The position numbers were made by a program, and so were the translations under genes. This document shows, piece by piece, positions 17,560 through 25,766 of a DNA stretch of 36,460 bases (its first letter is position 1; each line of letters opens with the position of its first letter). The DNA is from Ignavibacteriales bacterium (GTDB taxonomy: Bacteria; Bacteroidota; Ignavibacteria; UBA10030): the NCBI GenBank assembly GCA_031420835.1, contig JANONN010000333.1, positions 1 to 36,460 of the forward strand, written 5' to 3'. Below the pieces are notes generated by a model that ran no database searches, was not told the origin of the DNA, and saw only the letters and a list, made by a program, of their open reading frames with translations.

Positions 17560-18699
17560 ATGAGCTGGCATAACGTCATAGGACAAACGCGCACAAAAGA
17601 GTTTCTACAACGGGCAATTGCCGCAAACCAGGTTGCGCACGCGTACCTTTTCTGTGGTCCGGTGGGAATCGGGAAGGATGCGCTTGCCATCGAGTTTGCA
17701 GGTACATTGGTTTGTACGCAGCGTGGGGCCGAAGCGTGCGGAGATTGTAGCAGTTGCAAGAAAATGCGCCATTTGCGGCATCCGAATCTCGAGTTCATTT
17801 GTGCGCTTCCGGTCGGAAAAAACGAGGAGCCTGGAGATGACCCAATCGCTGTGCTGACAGAAGAACAAGTTGCGGCTGTACAAGAGCAGCTTAAGGCGAA
17901 AGGAGAAGATCCGTATCACCGTATCTCGATAGCACGAGCAACAGTGATCAAAGTGAACAGTGTACGACAAATCCGCCGGGGAGCTTCTCTCACCGCTGTC
18001 GAAGAAGGAAGAAAGGTGTTCATAATCTCTAACGCCGAAGAGATGACACCTGTGGCCGCCAACGCTTTGCTTAAGACGCTCGAAGAGCCGCCTGCAAATA
18101 CGATGTTCCTCCTCACCTCGTCGCACAAGGATCAGCTTCTGCCAACAATCATCTCTCGCTGTCATGTCATACAGTGTGACCTATTAAGCGAAGAGGAGAT
18201 TTCGTCTGCACTTCAATCGAGAAAGAACATTGACGCAGACCCTGCCCGGTTGGCTGCAAAGCTTTCTGCGGGCAGTTACACGAAGGCAGTCGAACTAACG
18301 TCTCTCGATATTCTCGCGGAACGTCAATCTGTTGTGCACTTTCTGCGCCTTGCGCTTGGATCGAACAAGTTGGAATTGTCGAAGAGCATCGAAGAGTTTG
18401 CGAAAACTCTGAATCGAGACGCAGCTATACGATGGATGATGCTGCTTCAGGTGTGGCTGCGTGATGCTGTTCTCCTGCGAGAAGAACTTGAAAGCGGAGT
18501 TCAGAACCAAGACTTGATTGCGGACCTGAAGAGCTTCGTCACAAACTTCCCTCATGCGGATCTCGTTGGTGCAATTGGCTCGGTAGAGCGATGCATTGAT
18601 CTTGTTGACAAGAATTCCTACCTTGCTCTTGTCTTCACCACACTTGCGTTCGATTTACACAAGTATTCCTACGCAGAAAGTCTCTTCTCCTACCAATGA
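17560..18699 (+). CDS. holB: DNA polymerase III subunit delta'
   Basis: MSWHNVIGQ...AHAYLFCGPVGIGK, zinc module CGDCSSCKKM, KVFIISNAEEMTPVAANALLKTLEEPP, and IISRC. ATG 17560 is preferred to the GTG at 17509, which lies inside hairpin C. Confidence 0.85.
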   Translation: MSWHNVIGQTRTKEFLQRAIAANQVAHAYLFCGPVGIGKDALAIEFAGTLVCTQRGAEACGDCSSCKKMRHLRHPNLEFICALPVGKNEEPGDDPIAVLTEEQVAAVQEQLKAKGEDPYHRISIARATVIKVNSVRQIRRGASLTAVEEGRKVFIISNAEEMTPVAANALLKTLEEPPANTMFLLTSSHKDQLLPTIISRCHVIQCDLLSEEEISSALQSRKNIDADPARLAAKLSAGSYTKAVELTSLDILAERQSVVHFLRLALGSNKLELSKSIEEFAKTLNRDAAIRWMMLLQVWLRDAVLLREELESGVQNQDLIADLKSFVTNFPHADLVGAIGSVERCIDLVDKNSYLALVFTTLAFDLHKYSYAESLFSYQ

Positions 18700-20753
18700 C
18701 TCCCAACTTCGAACGAATTCTCGTGACCGCGGCACTGCCGTATGCAAATGGCCTTCTCCATTTGGGACATCTCGCGGGTGCCTATCTTCCGGCTGATATT
18801 TATGTTCGTTATCAACGAGCCCGCAAACGAGAAGTTCTGTTCATCTGTGGCTCTGATGAACACGGGGTTGCTATTACCGTCACTGCAGAGAAAGAAAAGA
18901 TAACCCCGCAGGAAGTGGTTGATCGGTATCATCCGTTGCACAAGGAGGCGTTTGAACAGTTTGGGATGAGTTTCGATAACTACTCGCGTACATCGCTTCC
19001 CCTTCATTATGAAACATCAAAGGAGTTTTTCACGGAGCTTCATCGTCTCGAAGTGTTGAAGATGAAGGAAGAGCAACAGCTTTACTGCGAGAAGGACCAG
19101 TTGTTCTTGGCCGATCGCTATGTGGAGGGAACGTGCCCCAACTGCAAGCATCCTCAGGCGCGCGGGGACCAGTGCGAGAATTGCGGAACATGGCTGAACC
19201 AAACGGACCTGATTGATCCGAAATGCAAAATTTGCGGGACAACGCCGGTGGTGAGAAAGACGACGCACTTATACTTTCCGCTGGGACGTTACCAGAAGAG
19301 GCTCGAAGAGTACATACACGAGCGTGCCAAGCGGGACGGCTGGAAGGAGAATGTCCTTCGCTATTGTGATAGTTGGTTCAAAGCGGGGCTGGAGGATCGC
19401 GCAGTGACTCGCGATCTCTCATGGGGCGTCCCTGTTCCTGTGAAGGGGTTTGAAACCAAAGTGCTGTATGTGTGGTTCGACGCGGTGCTCGGGTATATCT
19501 CGTCCGCAAAAGAATGGGCAGCGCAGCATTCGAAACCAGAGGAATGGCGCACCTACTGGCAGAACGAGAACACGAAATATGTTGCTTTCATCGGCAAAGA
19601 CAATGTTGTGTTCCATTGCATTGTTTTCCCGGCAATGTTGATGGCGTGGAATGACGGTGGGAGGGAGCAATATGTTCTTCCAGAAAATGTTCCCGCCAAC
19701 GAGTTTCTGAACTTCGAAGGGCAGAAGTTCTCCAAAAGCCGCGGTTGGGGGATTGATGTACGTGATTTTCTGAAGTATTTTCCAGCAGATGCGCTTCGCT
19801 ACACGCTCGCTATCAATCTGCCCGAATCGCGCGACTCGGATTTCTATTTGAAGGACTTCCAAGCTCGCACAAACAATGAGCTTGCAGCCGTTCTCGGGAA
19901 CTTCATCAATCGGACAATGGCGTTTACCGAGAAGAACTTTGGTGGCGAGGTCCCAAAAAGGTCGGAGCTAAGTTCGTTAGATCGCGAAATGATCGAGCGG
20001 CTCGAAAAGACTCCCGACGTTATCGCTGAGTGTTATGAGCGGTATAGGTTTCGCGACGGGGTCATTGAGACCATGAACTTAGCGCGCGCTGGCAATAAGT
20101 ACTTCAACGATAGCGCGCCATGGAAGACGATCAAGACTAATCCAGCTCAATGCGCAACCACTTTGAATATTTGTCTGCAGATCGTGCGCTCACTGGCCAT
20201 CCTGTTCCATCCAATTACCCCGTTTTTAGCGAAGAACGTCTGGTCGTTCTTGAACCTCTCAGAAGGCGTCGCCGAGCAACGGTGGGAAAGTGCAGGCCAA
20301 CTTCTCTTGCCGGATGACTACAAACTGAACAAGTCTGAAATTGTCGTGAGAAAAATTGAAGACAAGGAGATTGATATGATAATGAAGGAGCTTGGAATGA
20401 TTCCGGAAGTCAGCGACCAAACGAAGAACACCATCACAATTGATGATTTTAAGAAGATTGATCTTCGAGTCGCGAAGGTGCTTGCAGCCGAGAAGGTTCC
20501 AAAGTCCGAGAGACTTCTGAAGCTCCAGATCGAAATCGGCACAGAACGAAGGCAAGTCATCGCCGGTATTGCGCAGCACTATGAACCGGAAGCGCTTGTC
20601 GGTAAGTCAATCGTTGTCGTCGCGAACCTTGAGCCAGCCAAACTGATGGGGCAAGAATCACAAGGGATGTTGCTCGCCGCAAACGACAGCAACGGAAAAC
20701 TGTCTGTCGTGACAGTCCTCGGCGAGATTGCAAGCGGAAGTGTTGTTAAGTGA
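18696..20753 (+). CDS. metG: methionine--tRNA ligase with C-terminal tRNA-binding (Trbp111/EMAP-like) domain
   Basis: HIGH motif PYANGLLHLGH. Zn knuckles CPNC...CENCG...CKICG. KMSKS variant KFSKSRG. C-terminal DLRVAKVLAAEKVPKSERLLKLQIEIG. ATGA start/stop overlap with holB. Confidence 0.95.
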   Translation: MTPNFERILVTAALPYANGLLHLGHLAGAYLPADIYVRYQRARKREVLFICGSDEHGVAITVTAEKEKITPQEVVDRYHPLHKEAFEQFGMSFDNYSRTSLPLHYETSKEFFTELHRLEVLKMKEEQQLYCEKDQLFLADRYVEGTCPNCKHPQARGDQCENCGTWLNQTDLIDPKCKICGTTPVVRKTTHLYFPLGRYQKRLEEYIHERAKRDGWKENVLRYCDSWFKAGLEDRAVTRDLSWGVPVPVKGFETKVLYVWFDAVLGYISSAKEWAAQHSKPEEWRTYWQNENTKYVAFIGKDNVVFHCIVFPAMLMAWNDGGREQYVLPENVPANEFLNFEGQKFSKSRGWGIDVRDFLKYFPADALRYTLAINLPESRDSDFYLKDFQARTNNELAAVLGNFINRTMAFTEKNFGGEVPKRSELSSLDREMIERLEKTPDVIAECYERYRFRDGVIETMNLARAGNKYFNDSAPWKTIKTNPAQCATTLNICLQIVRSLAILFHPITPFLAKNVWSFLNLSEGVAEQRWESAGQLLLPDDYKLNKSEIVVRKIEDKEIDMIMKELGMIPEVSDQTKNTITIDDFKKIDLRVAKVLAAEKVPKSERLLKLQIEIGTERRQVIAGIAQHYEPEALVGKSIVVVANLEPAKLMGQESQGMLLAANDSNGKLSVVTVLGEIASGSVVK

Positions 20754-20771
20754 TTTGAGTTGACTCATGAG

Positions 20772-20821
20772 AACCTTGTCAAGGGTAACTCAGCTTGAAC
20801 CATGCTAACCTTGACAAGGTT
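20772..20821. repeat. 13-bp perfect inverted repeat with 24-nt spacer
   Basis: AACCTTGTCAAGG (20772-20784) and CCTTGACAAGGTT (20809-20821) are exact reverse complements. The repeat starts 19 nt after the metG stop. No T run follows. Confidence 0.6.
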
Positions 20822-21063
20822 GCACACTGATGGAGCCGCGCCAGTTGCCTGAACCTAAACGTCGCCCGATCGGTTTCGGGAAAGAGAAGGAGTAGCGGCG
20901 GCTCTGCTTTCTTGTATCGGTTTACCCGGTTCTACGGGGCTTGCATCTTATTGGGAATCTTAGTACCTACCTGCGACAAATCACGGGAGCCAACCATTCT
21001 TTTCACGAACATCAAACATCGCCTAACCTAAGTACAGGGGAGACTGGATTACGATTTTTCCTT

Positions 21064-21110
21064 AGCCTCTGGATTTCCGCTTCGGCGGAATGAAGGGTGC
21101 TTTTTTGTTT
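21064..21110 (+). terminator. terminator-like compound hairpin with UUCG tetraloop and T run
   Basis: TTCCGC-ttcg-GCGGAA (21075-21090) extended by AGCCTCT / AGGG(t)GCT outer pairing. T6 follows at 21101-21106. Confidence 0.55.
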
Positions 21111-21191
21111 GCGGGCGTCATTGCAGATGTTAGCTGAAATTGCCCGTAACTGATATCAAACACCAAAATACAGAAAGGATCTCACTAAGTC

Positions 21192-21335
21192 ATGAAAACT
21201 CCAAACTCTTCGTCTAGACTGTACCTCCTGGTTGTGGGCTTGCTTATCATTTATTCCGCGGCCTTCGCCGGTAAAGAAACACGCCTAACTTGCTACGATG
21301 CATTTGGGACAGCTGGAGAGCAAGTGGTATGACCC
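21192..21335 (+). CDS. possible 47-aa exported peptide (below the ORF-track cutoff)
   Basis: My translation is MKTPNSSSRLYLLVVGLLIIYSAAFAGKETRLTCYDAFGTAGEQVV*. It has a signal-peptide-like hydrophobic core followed by AFA-G. AAAGGA lies ~14 nt upstream. There is no other support. Confidence 0.25.
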
Positions 21336-21348
21336 CACAAAACCGGAC

Positions 21349-21768
21349 ATGAGAACAAACCGGATTCTCATTTGGAACATACTCGCCACAGGCCTGTTGA
21401 TAGGCTGTTTCCCCAACTTTCAAGCAACAACCATCCAGCGCGAATCAATCACCAAGAATGCAATCATGCATTCGCCTTCGAAAGCATACTTGATTGATGC
21501 GAGTGTTGTACTCTTCCCAAAAGGCTTCGTCGTTCGCGGCGACAGCGTCATTGGGACGGGATCACGTTTCTGGATTCACAGATCTGATGCACAGGATCAT
21601 CTCAGGCTCATTCCGATCGATAGTATCATTTCAATCACAGCGTATGAACCCGAAGTCTCACCCGGCAGAGGGTTCGCTGGCTTACTCCTAGGAGTCACTG
21701 GAGCGATCACGACGCCCCTGTTGATTTACACCATTCTTATAATCATATCCCCCGGTGTAGGAGATTGA
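21349..21768 (+). CDS. small lipoprotein with C-terminal hydrophobic segment, hypothetical
   Basis: Lipobox-like MRTNRILIWNILATGLLIGC. C-terminal FAGLLLGVTGAITTPLLIYTILIIISPGVG. ATG 21349 is preferred to the track start at 21298. Confidence 0.5.
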   Translation: MRTNRILIWNILATGLLIGCFPNFQATTIQRESITKNAIMHSPSKAYLIDASVVLFPKGFVVRGDSVIGTGSRFWIHRSDAQDHLRLIPIDSIISITAYEPEVSPGRGFAGLLLGVTGAITTPLLIYTILIIISPGVGD

Positions 21769-21789
21769 CACTCCCACAAGGAGTTCAAG

Positions 21790-22347
21790 GTGAAAAATTC
21801 TATCAAGCATTCTTCAACTGCCGCTTTCTTGATTCTCTTTGCTTCCTGTGGCCCATCGGAATATACCCTCAAATCGGGGGGTGACACTGCAAAGCTGAAA
21901 ACAAAAAGCGGAACAGAGTTGACCGGCGAGTTGATATGCATTCAAGACAACTCCGTTTATCTTAGTGCTGGTGAACAGAAGCCAAAAATCTTCCGCGTTG
22001 ATTTTGAGCATATCGAAGTCATTGAGGTGGAAGGGTACACAAACAGAACTTGGGTTCTACCTTGGATGCTGTTTCAGGTAGTACCTACAGTGATGCAGAC
22101 GATCATTGCGGCATCTGTAGATTTTCAAAACCCAGAAGTCTTTCTTGTTTTTGCGTTACCAACCGCCCTTACGTACGTTTTGTTTGAAACGACAACACCT
22201 GCCCCCCCGACGAGCAATCGACCAAGAACAATGGAGCATGTAGAACACTTGAAAGTACATGCCCGTTTTCCACAGGGACTTGCAGGCTTCCAACTTCAGC
22301 AGCTGCTTGAACTCAACAGACAAAATGAACCGCAAGACCTCAGGTAA
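21790..22347 (+). CDS. small lipoprotein with internal hydrophobic segments, hypothetical
   Basis: Lipobox AAFLILFASCG. AAGGAG lies 8 nt upstream of the GTG start. The architecture resembles the preceding gene: a short soluble beta-like region followed by membrane segments. Confidence 0.55.
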   Translation: MKNSIKHSSTAAFLILFASCGPSEYTLKSGGDTAKLKTKSGTELTGELICIQDNSVYLSAGEQKPKIFRVDFEHIEVIEVEGYTNRTWVLPWMLFQVVPTVMQTIIAASVDFQNPEVFLVFALPTALTYVLFETTTPAPPTSNRPRTMEHVEHLKVHARFPQGLAGFQLQQLLELNRQNEPQDLR

Positions 22348-22357
22348 GTTAGCTGCT

Positions 22358-22409
22358 CACAGTCAGGGTGAGTGAAGCTTGCTCTGAGCATGACTGTGGT
22401 TTTGTTTTT
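22358..22409 (+). terminator. rho-independent terminator-like hairpin
   Basis: CACAGTCA (22358-22365) pairs with TGACTGTG (22391-22398). Followed by GTTTTGTTTTT. Confidence 0.6.
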
Positions 22410-22499
22410 CAACAACCTTCTAAGTGAGAGATGTCCGGCGAAGAGTGCCTTACCAATCAGAACCAACTTTCTATGTCGGAATTGATGTTCTACCTTACC

Positions 22500-22528
22500 T
22501 TGCTTCCATTTCAATTTTGTCCTATATT
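22500..22528 (+). promoter_or_regulatory. sigma70-like promoter TTGCTT-17 nt-TATATT for the plus-strand mqn operon
   Basis: Hexamers at 22500-22505 and 22523-22528 with an exactly 17-nt spacer, 40 nt upstream of the mqnP TTG start. Confidence 0.4.
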
Positions 22529-22568
22529 TTGAAAACTTTTCTCCGACAAATCACTCGCAAGGCATCTG

Positions 22569-23411
22569 TTGAGTCCCATTCTGAAGTTCTTCCGTTTTGT
22601 CAAGATTGAACACACCCTCTTTTCGCTTCCCTTGATCTATAGCGGGGTCTTTCTTGCAGCAAAGGAACCGCCGTCAGGGGGGCTTATTCTGCTTGTTTTG
22701 TTGGCAGCGACAAGTGCGCGCACCGTTGCGCTTGCCCTGAACCGCATCATTGATCGTGAAATTGACCGCCGTAATCCACGAACCGCGATTCGTGAGCTGC
22801 CCAGCGGCAACATGGTTGTCTCGGAGGCTGTAGGGGTTCTGCTGGTCGGCCTTGCGTTCTATTTTCTCTCTGCCGGTCTTATTTCAACGTTCTGTCTTGT
22901 GCTTTCTCCACTTCCCTTGATGATCTTCGCTCTTTATCCCTACATGAAGCGGTTCACACCCTTGGCACATTTCGGCGTCGGATTGGGACTTGCTATGGCC
23001 CCGTTGGGTGGCTGGTTTGCGGTTCAACAATCGTTTGAGAACATCATTCCGGGCGTTCTTCTGTCAGTGTTCACGCTCTTGTGGGTAGCGGGCTTCGACA
23101 TCATCTATTCAACACTGGATGAGATGTTCGATAGGCAGGAGAATCTCTACTCTTTCAGCGCAAAGTATGGGAAGGCAAAGGCGCTCAAGATCTCTGGGGT
23201 GCTGCATGTCGCCGCGTTCGGTATTCTGGCTCTTTTGTTCGTAATATACATCAAGGCGATTGCTGCCTTGCCGTTTCTCGTTGTCTCTGGCTATCTGCTT
23301 TATCTTGAACACAAGAAAGCTGACGACGTTGAGCTCGCGTTCTTCAAGATCAATGCAGTGCTCGGATTTACAGTCTTTGGGATGGTGGTTGCCGGGGTTT
23401 ATTTTCCGTGA
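22569..23411 (+). CDS. mqnP: UbiA-family polyprenyltransferase (futalosine-route menaquinone prenyltransferase, MqnP-type)
   Basis: Multi-TM protein with NRIIDREIDRRNPRT (NxxxDxxxD) and a second Asp-rich motif DIIYSTLDEMFD. First gene of an operon with ubiX, ubiD and mqn genes. Confidence 0.8.
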   Translation: MSPILKFFRFVKIEHTLFSLPLIYSGVFLAAKEPPSGGLILLVLLAATSARTVALALNRIIDREIDRRNPRTAIRELPSGNMVVSEAVGVLLVGLAFYFLSAGLISTFCLVLSPLPLMIFALYPYMKRFTPLAHFGVGLGLAMAPLGGWFAVQQSFENIIPGVLLSVFTLLWVAGFDIIYSTLDEMFDRQENLYSFSAKYGKAKALKISGVLHVAAFGILALLFVIYIKAIAALPFLVVSGYLLYLEHKKADDVELAFFKINAVLGFTVFGMVVAGVYFP

Positions 23412-23959
23412 GAATCGTCCTCGGCATTACGGGATCATCAGGTGCGATCTATGCAAGGGAGTTTCTTCAGCAGTGCAGTGAAGAAAAGTTTCTTGTAGTG
23501 AGCAAGTGGGGAAAGGTTCTCTTGAAAGATGAACTTGGGATAACGACAAAGGACCTGCAGCCCCTCGTCAAGCGGGAGTTCTCCGATGATGATCTCACTG
23601 CGCCCTTTGCTTCCGGTTCGAACAAGTTCGATGCGTTTGTCATCCTCCCTTGTTCAACGTCAACCTTGGGGAAGATAGCTTCAGGAATAGGAGAAACCTT
23701 GATTACTCGAATCGCTCAGGTGGCACTCAAAGAACGGTTCAAGCTTGTTCTTTGCGTCAGGGAAACCCCCCTTTCGACGGTTGCTCTTGAGCAGTGTGCA
23801 AAGCTTTCCCGTGACGGTGTGGTTATCATGCCCATCTCGCCACCGCTCTATTTTGTTCCCAAGACGGTTGATGAATACGTGAGAGCGTTTGTTGATAAGG
23901 TCTTGGGCGTCATCGGTGTGAGAACGTCCAAAGGTTGGCGTTCGGAGGAGTTGGAATAA
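23408..23959 (+). CDS. ubiX: UbiX-family flavin prenyltransferase
   Basis: MRIVLGITGSSGAIYA...ILPCSTSTLGKIASGIGETLITR...RETPLS is typical of UbiX/Pad1. GTGA overlap with mqnP. Confidence 0.85.
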   Translation: MRIVLGITGSSGAIYAREFLQQCSEEKFLVVSKWGKVLLKDELGITTKDLQPLVKREFSDDDLTAPFASGSNKFDAFVILPCSTSTLGKIASGIGETLITRIAQVALKERFKLVLCVRETPLSTVALEQCAKLSRDGVVIMPISPPLYFVPKTVDEYVRAFVDKVLGVIGVRTSKGWRSEELE

Positions 23960-23975
23960 TGTTGGCTAAAAACGA

Positions 23976-25766
23976 ATGAAGTTCCCTGCACTCGGTGAGT
24001 TTGTTCGGTACCTGGAGTCTGTTGGCGAACTTCATCGGGTGAAGGCGCCGGTTGATCCTCATCTCGAAATCACAGAGATTGCCACACGGGCGCTGAAAGA
24101 ACAAAAACCCGCTCTGCTCTTTGAAAATGTAAAAGGCTCTCACTTCCCATTAGCGATCAACGTGCTCGCGTCGCAGCGTCGGGTTGAGCTGGCGTTGGGT
24201 AAGCATCCCGACGAACTCGGCGAAGAACTCATCAATTTCGTCGAGCAAGCGATGCCGCCAAAACTCAACGTCCTGTGGCGACACCGGGCGATGGTTCGAA
24301 AGTTCCTTGCCGCCCGTCCGAAGCGAATCGCACGCGGCATCTCGCAGGAGGTCGTCGAGGAACCGAATCTCGATTCGCTTCCGATCCAGACATGTTGGCC
24401 CGAAGACGGAGGACGGTTTGTTACACTGGGACAAGTCTTCACTTACGATCCGTTAGATCAGCGACGCAATGTTGGTATCTACCGGATGCATGTGTATGAT
24501 CGACGCACGACGGGAATGCATTGGCAAATTCAGAAGGGGGGAGGATTTCATTACGCTCGCGCCGAACAACGTCAGCAAGACCTTGAGGTAGCCGTGGCGC
24601 TTGGAACCGATCCCGCTCTTTTGCTCGCGGCGGTGGCAGCATTGCCTGAAGGAATTGACGAGATTCAGTTTGCTTCGTTCTTGAGGGGTTCGCCGATTCC
24701 AATGGTCCGAGCAAAAAATCTTTCGATCGCAGTACCGGCAAATGCCGAGTTTGTGCTTGAAGGTATTGTTCCGAAAGGTGAGCGAAGAATGGAAGGACCA
24801 TTTGGAGATCACTTCGGGCATTATTCGCATGCAGCTCCGTTCCCGGTCTTTCATGTGCGCACGGTGACACATCGAAAGAATGCCATCTATCCCGCAACGG
24901 TCGTCGGCATTCCACCGATGGAGGATAAGTTTATCGGTGATGCGACACAGCAGATTCTCGGTCCACTTGCGAGAATGATCCACAAGGAAGTACGCTCCGT
25001 TTGGGCGTACTATGAAGCAGGATTTCACAATCTTCTCGTGGTTTCTGTAGAGGAGCGCTATCACAAGGAGGCGATGAAGGCCGCGCTGGGTCTGTTAGGG
25101 ACCGGGCAGCTATCATTAACGAAGTGCCTTATCCTTGTATCCGCCAAGGTTGACGTGCGTGACTGGCGCTCTGTGCTGCGTGAGATCCGAGAAAACTTCG
25201 ATCCACATTTTGATTTTGTGTTGGTTCCCAAAGTCCCACTCGATACTCTCGATTTCACGAGCTTCAAGATGGAGCTTGGAAGCAAGATGATTTTGGACGC
25301 AACAGAAAAGCCCGTCCGCATGAGCCAAAGGCTCACAAAGAAGAAGAGCGTTGGCTCGGGCCGAGTTGAGGAATACGTCAAGCGGATGGTTCAACGTGAG
25401 CATGGAATCCTTGACGCCCGGCTTGTTGATGGATGTTTGTTGCTCGTGAAGGTGCGTGGGGAAGGGCGAGGCGTTGTGGAAAAACTCGTGAAAAAGAAGG
25501 AACTTGAAGCAATCAAGATCGTGGCTGTGGTGAGTGATGATGTCAATATCCACGATCAGGAAAACTACATTTGGGGTGTGTTCACGCGTTTCGATTGCGA
25601 GCGCGATGTGGTTTTCTCAGAGCAGCGAATGATCGGCATTTCGCCGATCTACAAAGGTGTCACGGGAATTGATGCCACCTGGAAAAAAGGATACCCAAAA
25701 CCGTTGGTGATGGACAGACGCATTGTAAAGCGCGTTGACCAACGTTGGAAAGAATACTGGTCATGA
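23976..25766 (+). CDS. UbiD-family decarboxylase (menaquinone biosynthesis decarboxylase type)
   Basis: LLFENVKGS, NVGIYRMHVYD, HWQIQKGG, and EGPFGDHFGHY (UbiD E-x-G-P-F-G-D/E-H-x-G-Y motif). Sits between ubiX and the mqn genes. Confidence 0.85.
   Translation: MKFPALGEFVRYLESVGELHRVKAPVDPHLEITEIATRALKEQKPALLFENVKGSHFPLAINVLASQRRVELALGKHPDELGEELINFVEQAMPPKLNVLWRHRAMVRKFLAARPKRIARGISQEVVEEPNLDSLPIQTCWPEDGGRFVTLGQVFTYDPLDQRRNVGIYRMHVYDRRTTGMHWQIQKGGGFHYARAEQRQQDLEVAVALGTDPALLLAAVAALPEGIDEIQFASFLRGSPIPMVRAKNLSIAVPANAEFVLEGIVPKGERRMEGPFGDHFGHYSHAAPFPVFHVRTVTHRKNAIYPATVVGIPPMEDKFIGDATQQILGPLARMIHKEVRSVWAYYEAGFHNLLVVSVEERYHKEAMKAALGLLGTGQLSLTKCLILVSAKVDVRDWRSVLREIRENFDPHFDFVLVPKVPLDTLDFTSFKMELGSKMILDATEKPVRMSQRLTKKKSVGSGRVEEYVKRMVQREHGILDARLVDGCLLLVKVRGEGRGVVEKLVKKKELEAIKIVAVVSDDVNIHDQENYIWGVFTRFDCERDVVFSEQRMIGISPIYKGVTGIDATWKKGYPKPLVMDRRIVKRVDQRWKEYWS

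Noticed and set aside
20754-21191. tmRNA, RNase P RNA, SRP RNA or tRNA in the long spacer after metG (also checked at 3118-3646 and 7567-7780)
   Set aside because: I found no GGUUCGAAUCC-type T-loops, no GGGGCUGA.../...UCCACCA tmRNA ends, no GAGGAAAGUCCGG RNase P box, no SRP GGAAG/AGCA domain IV motif and no B12 box. This is by eye only and needs cmscan.
22424-22609. 61-aa ORF upstream of and overlapping mqnP
   Set aside because: It spans the predicted promoter and the mqnP start in another frame and has no motif or RBS.
24439-25553. Several 100-200-aa minus-strand ORFs inside the UbiD-like gene
   Set aside because: They are antisense to a gene with clear UbiD motifs and have no independent support.
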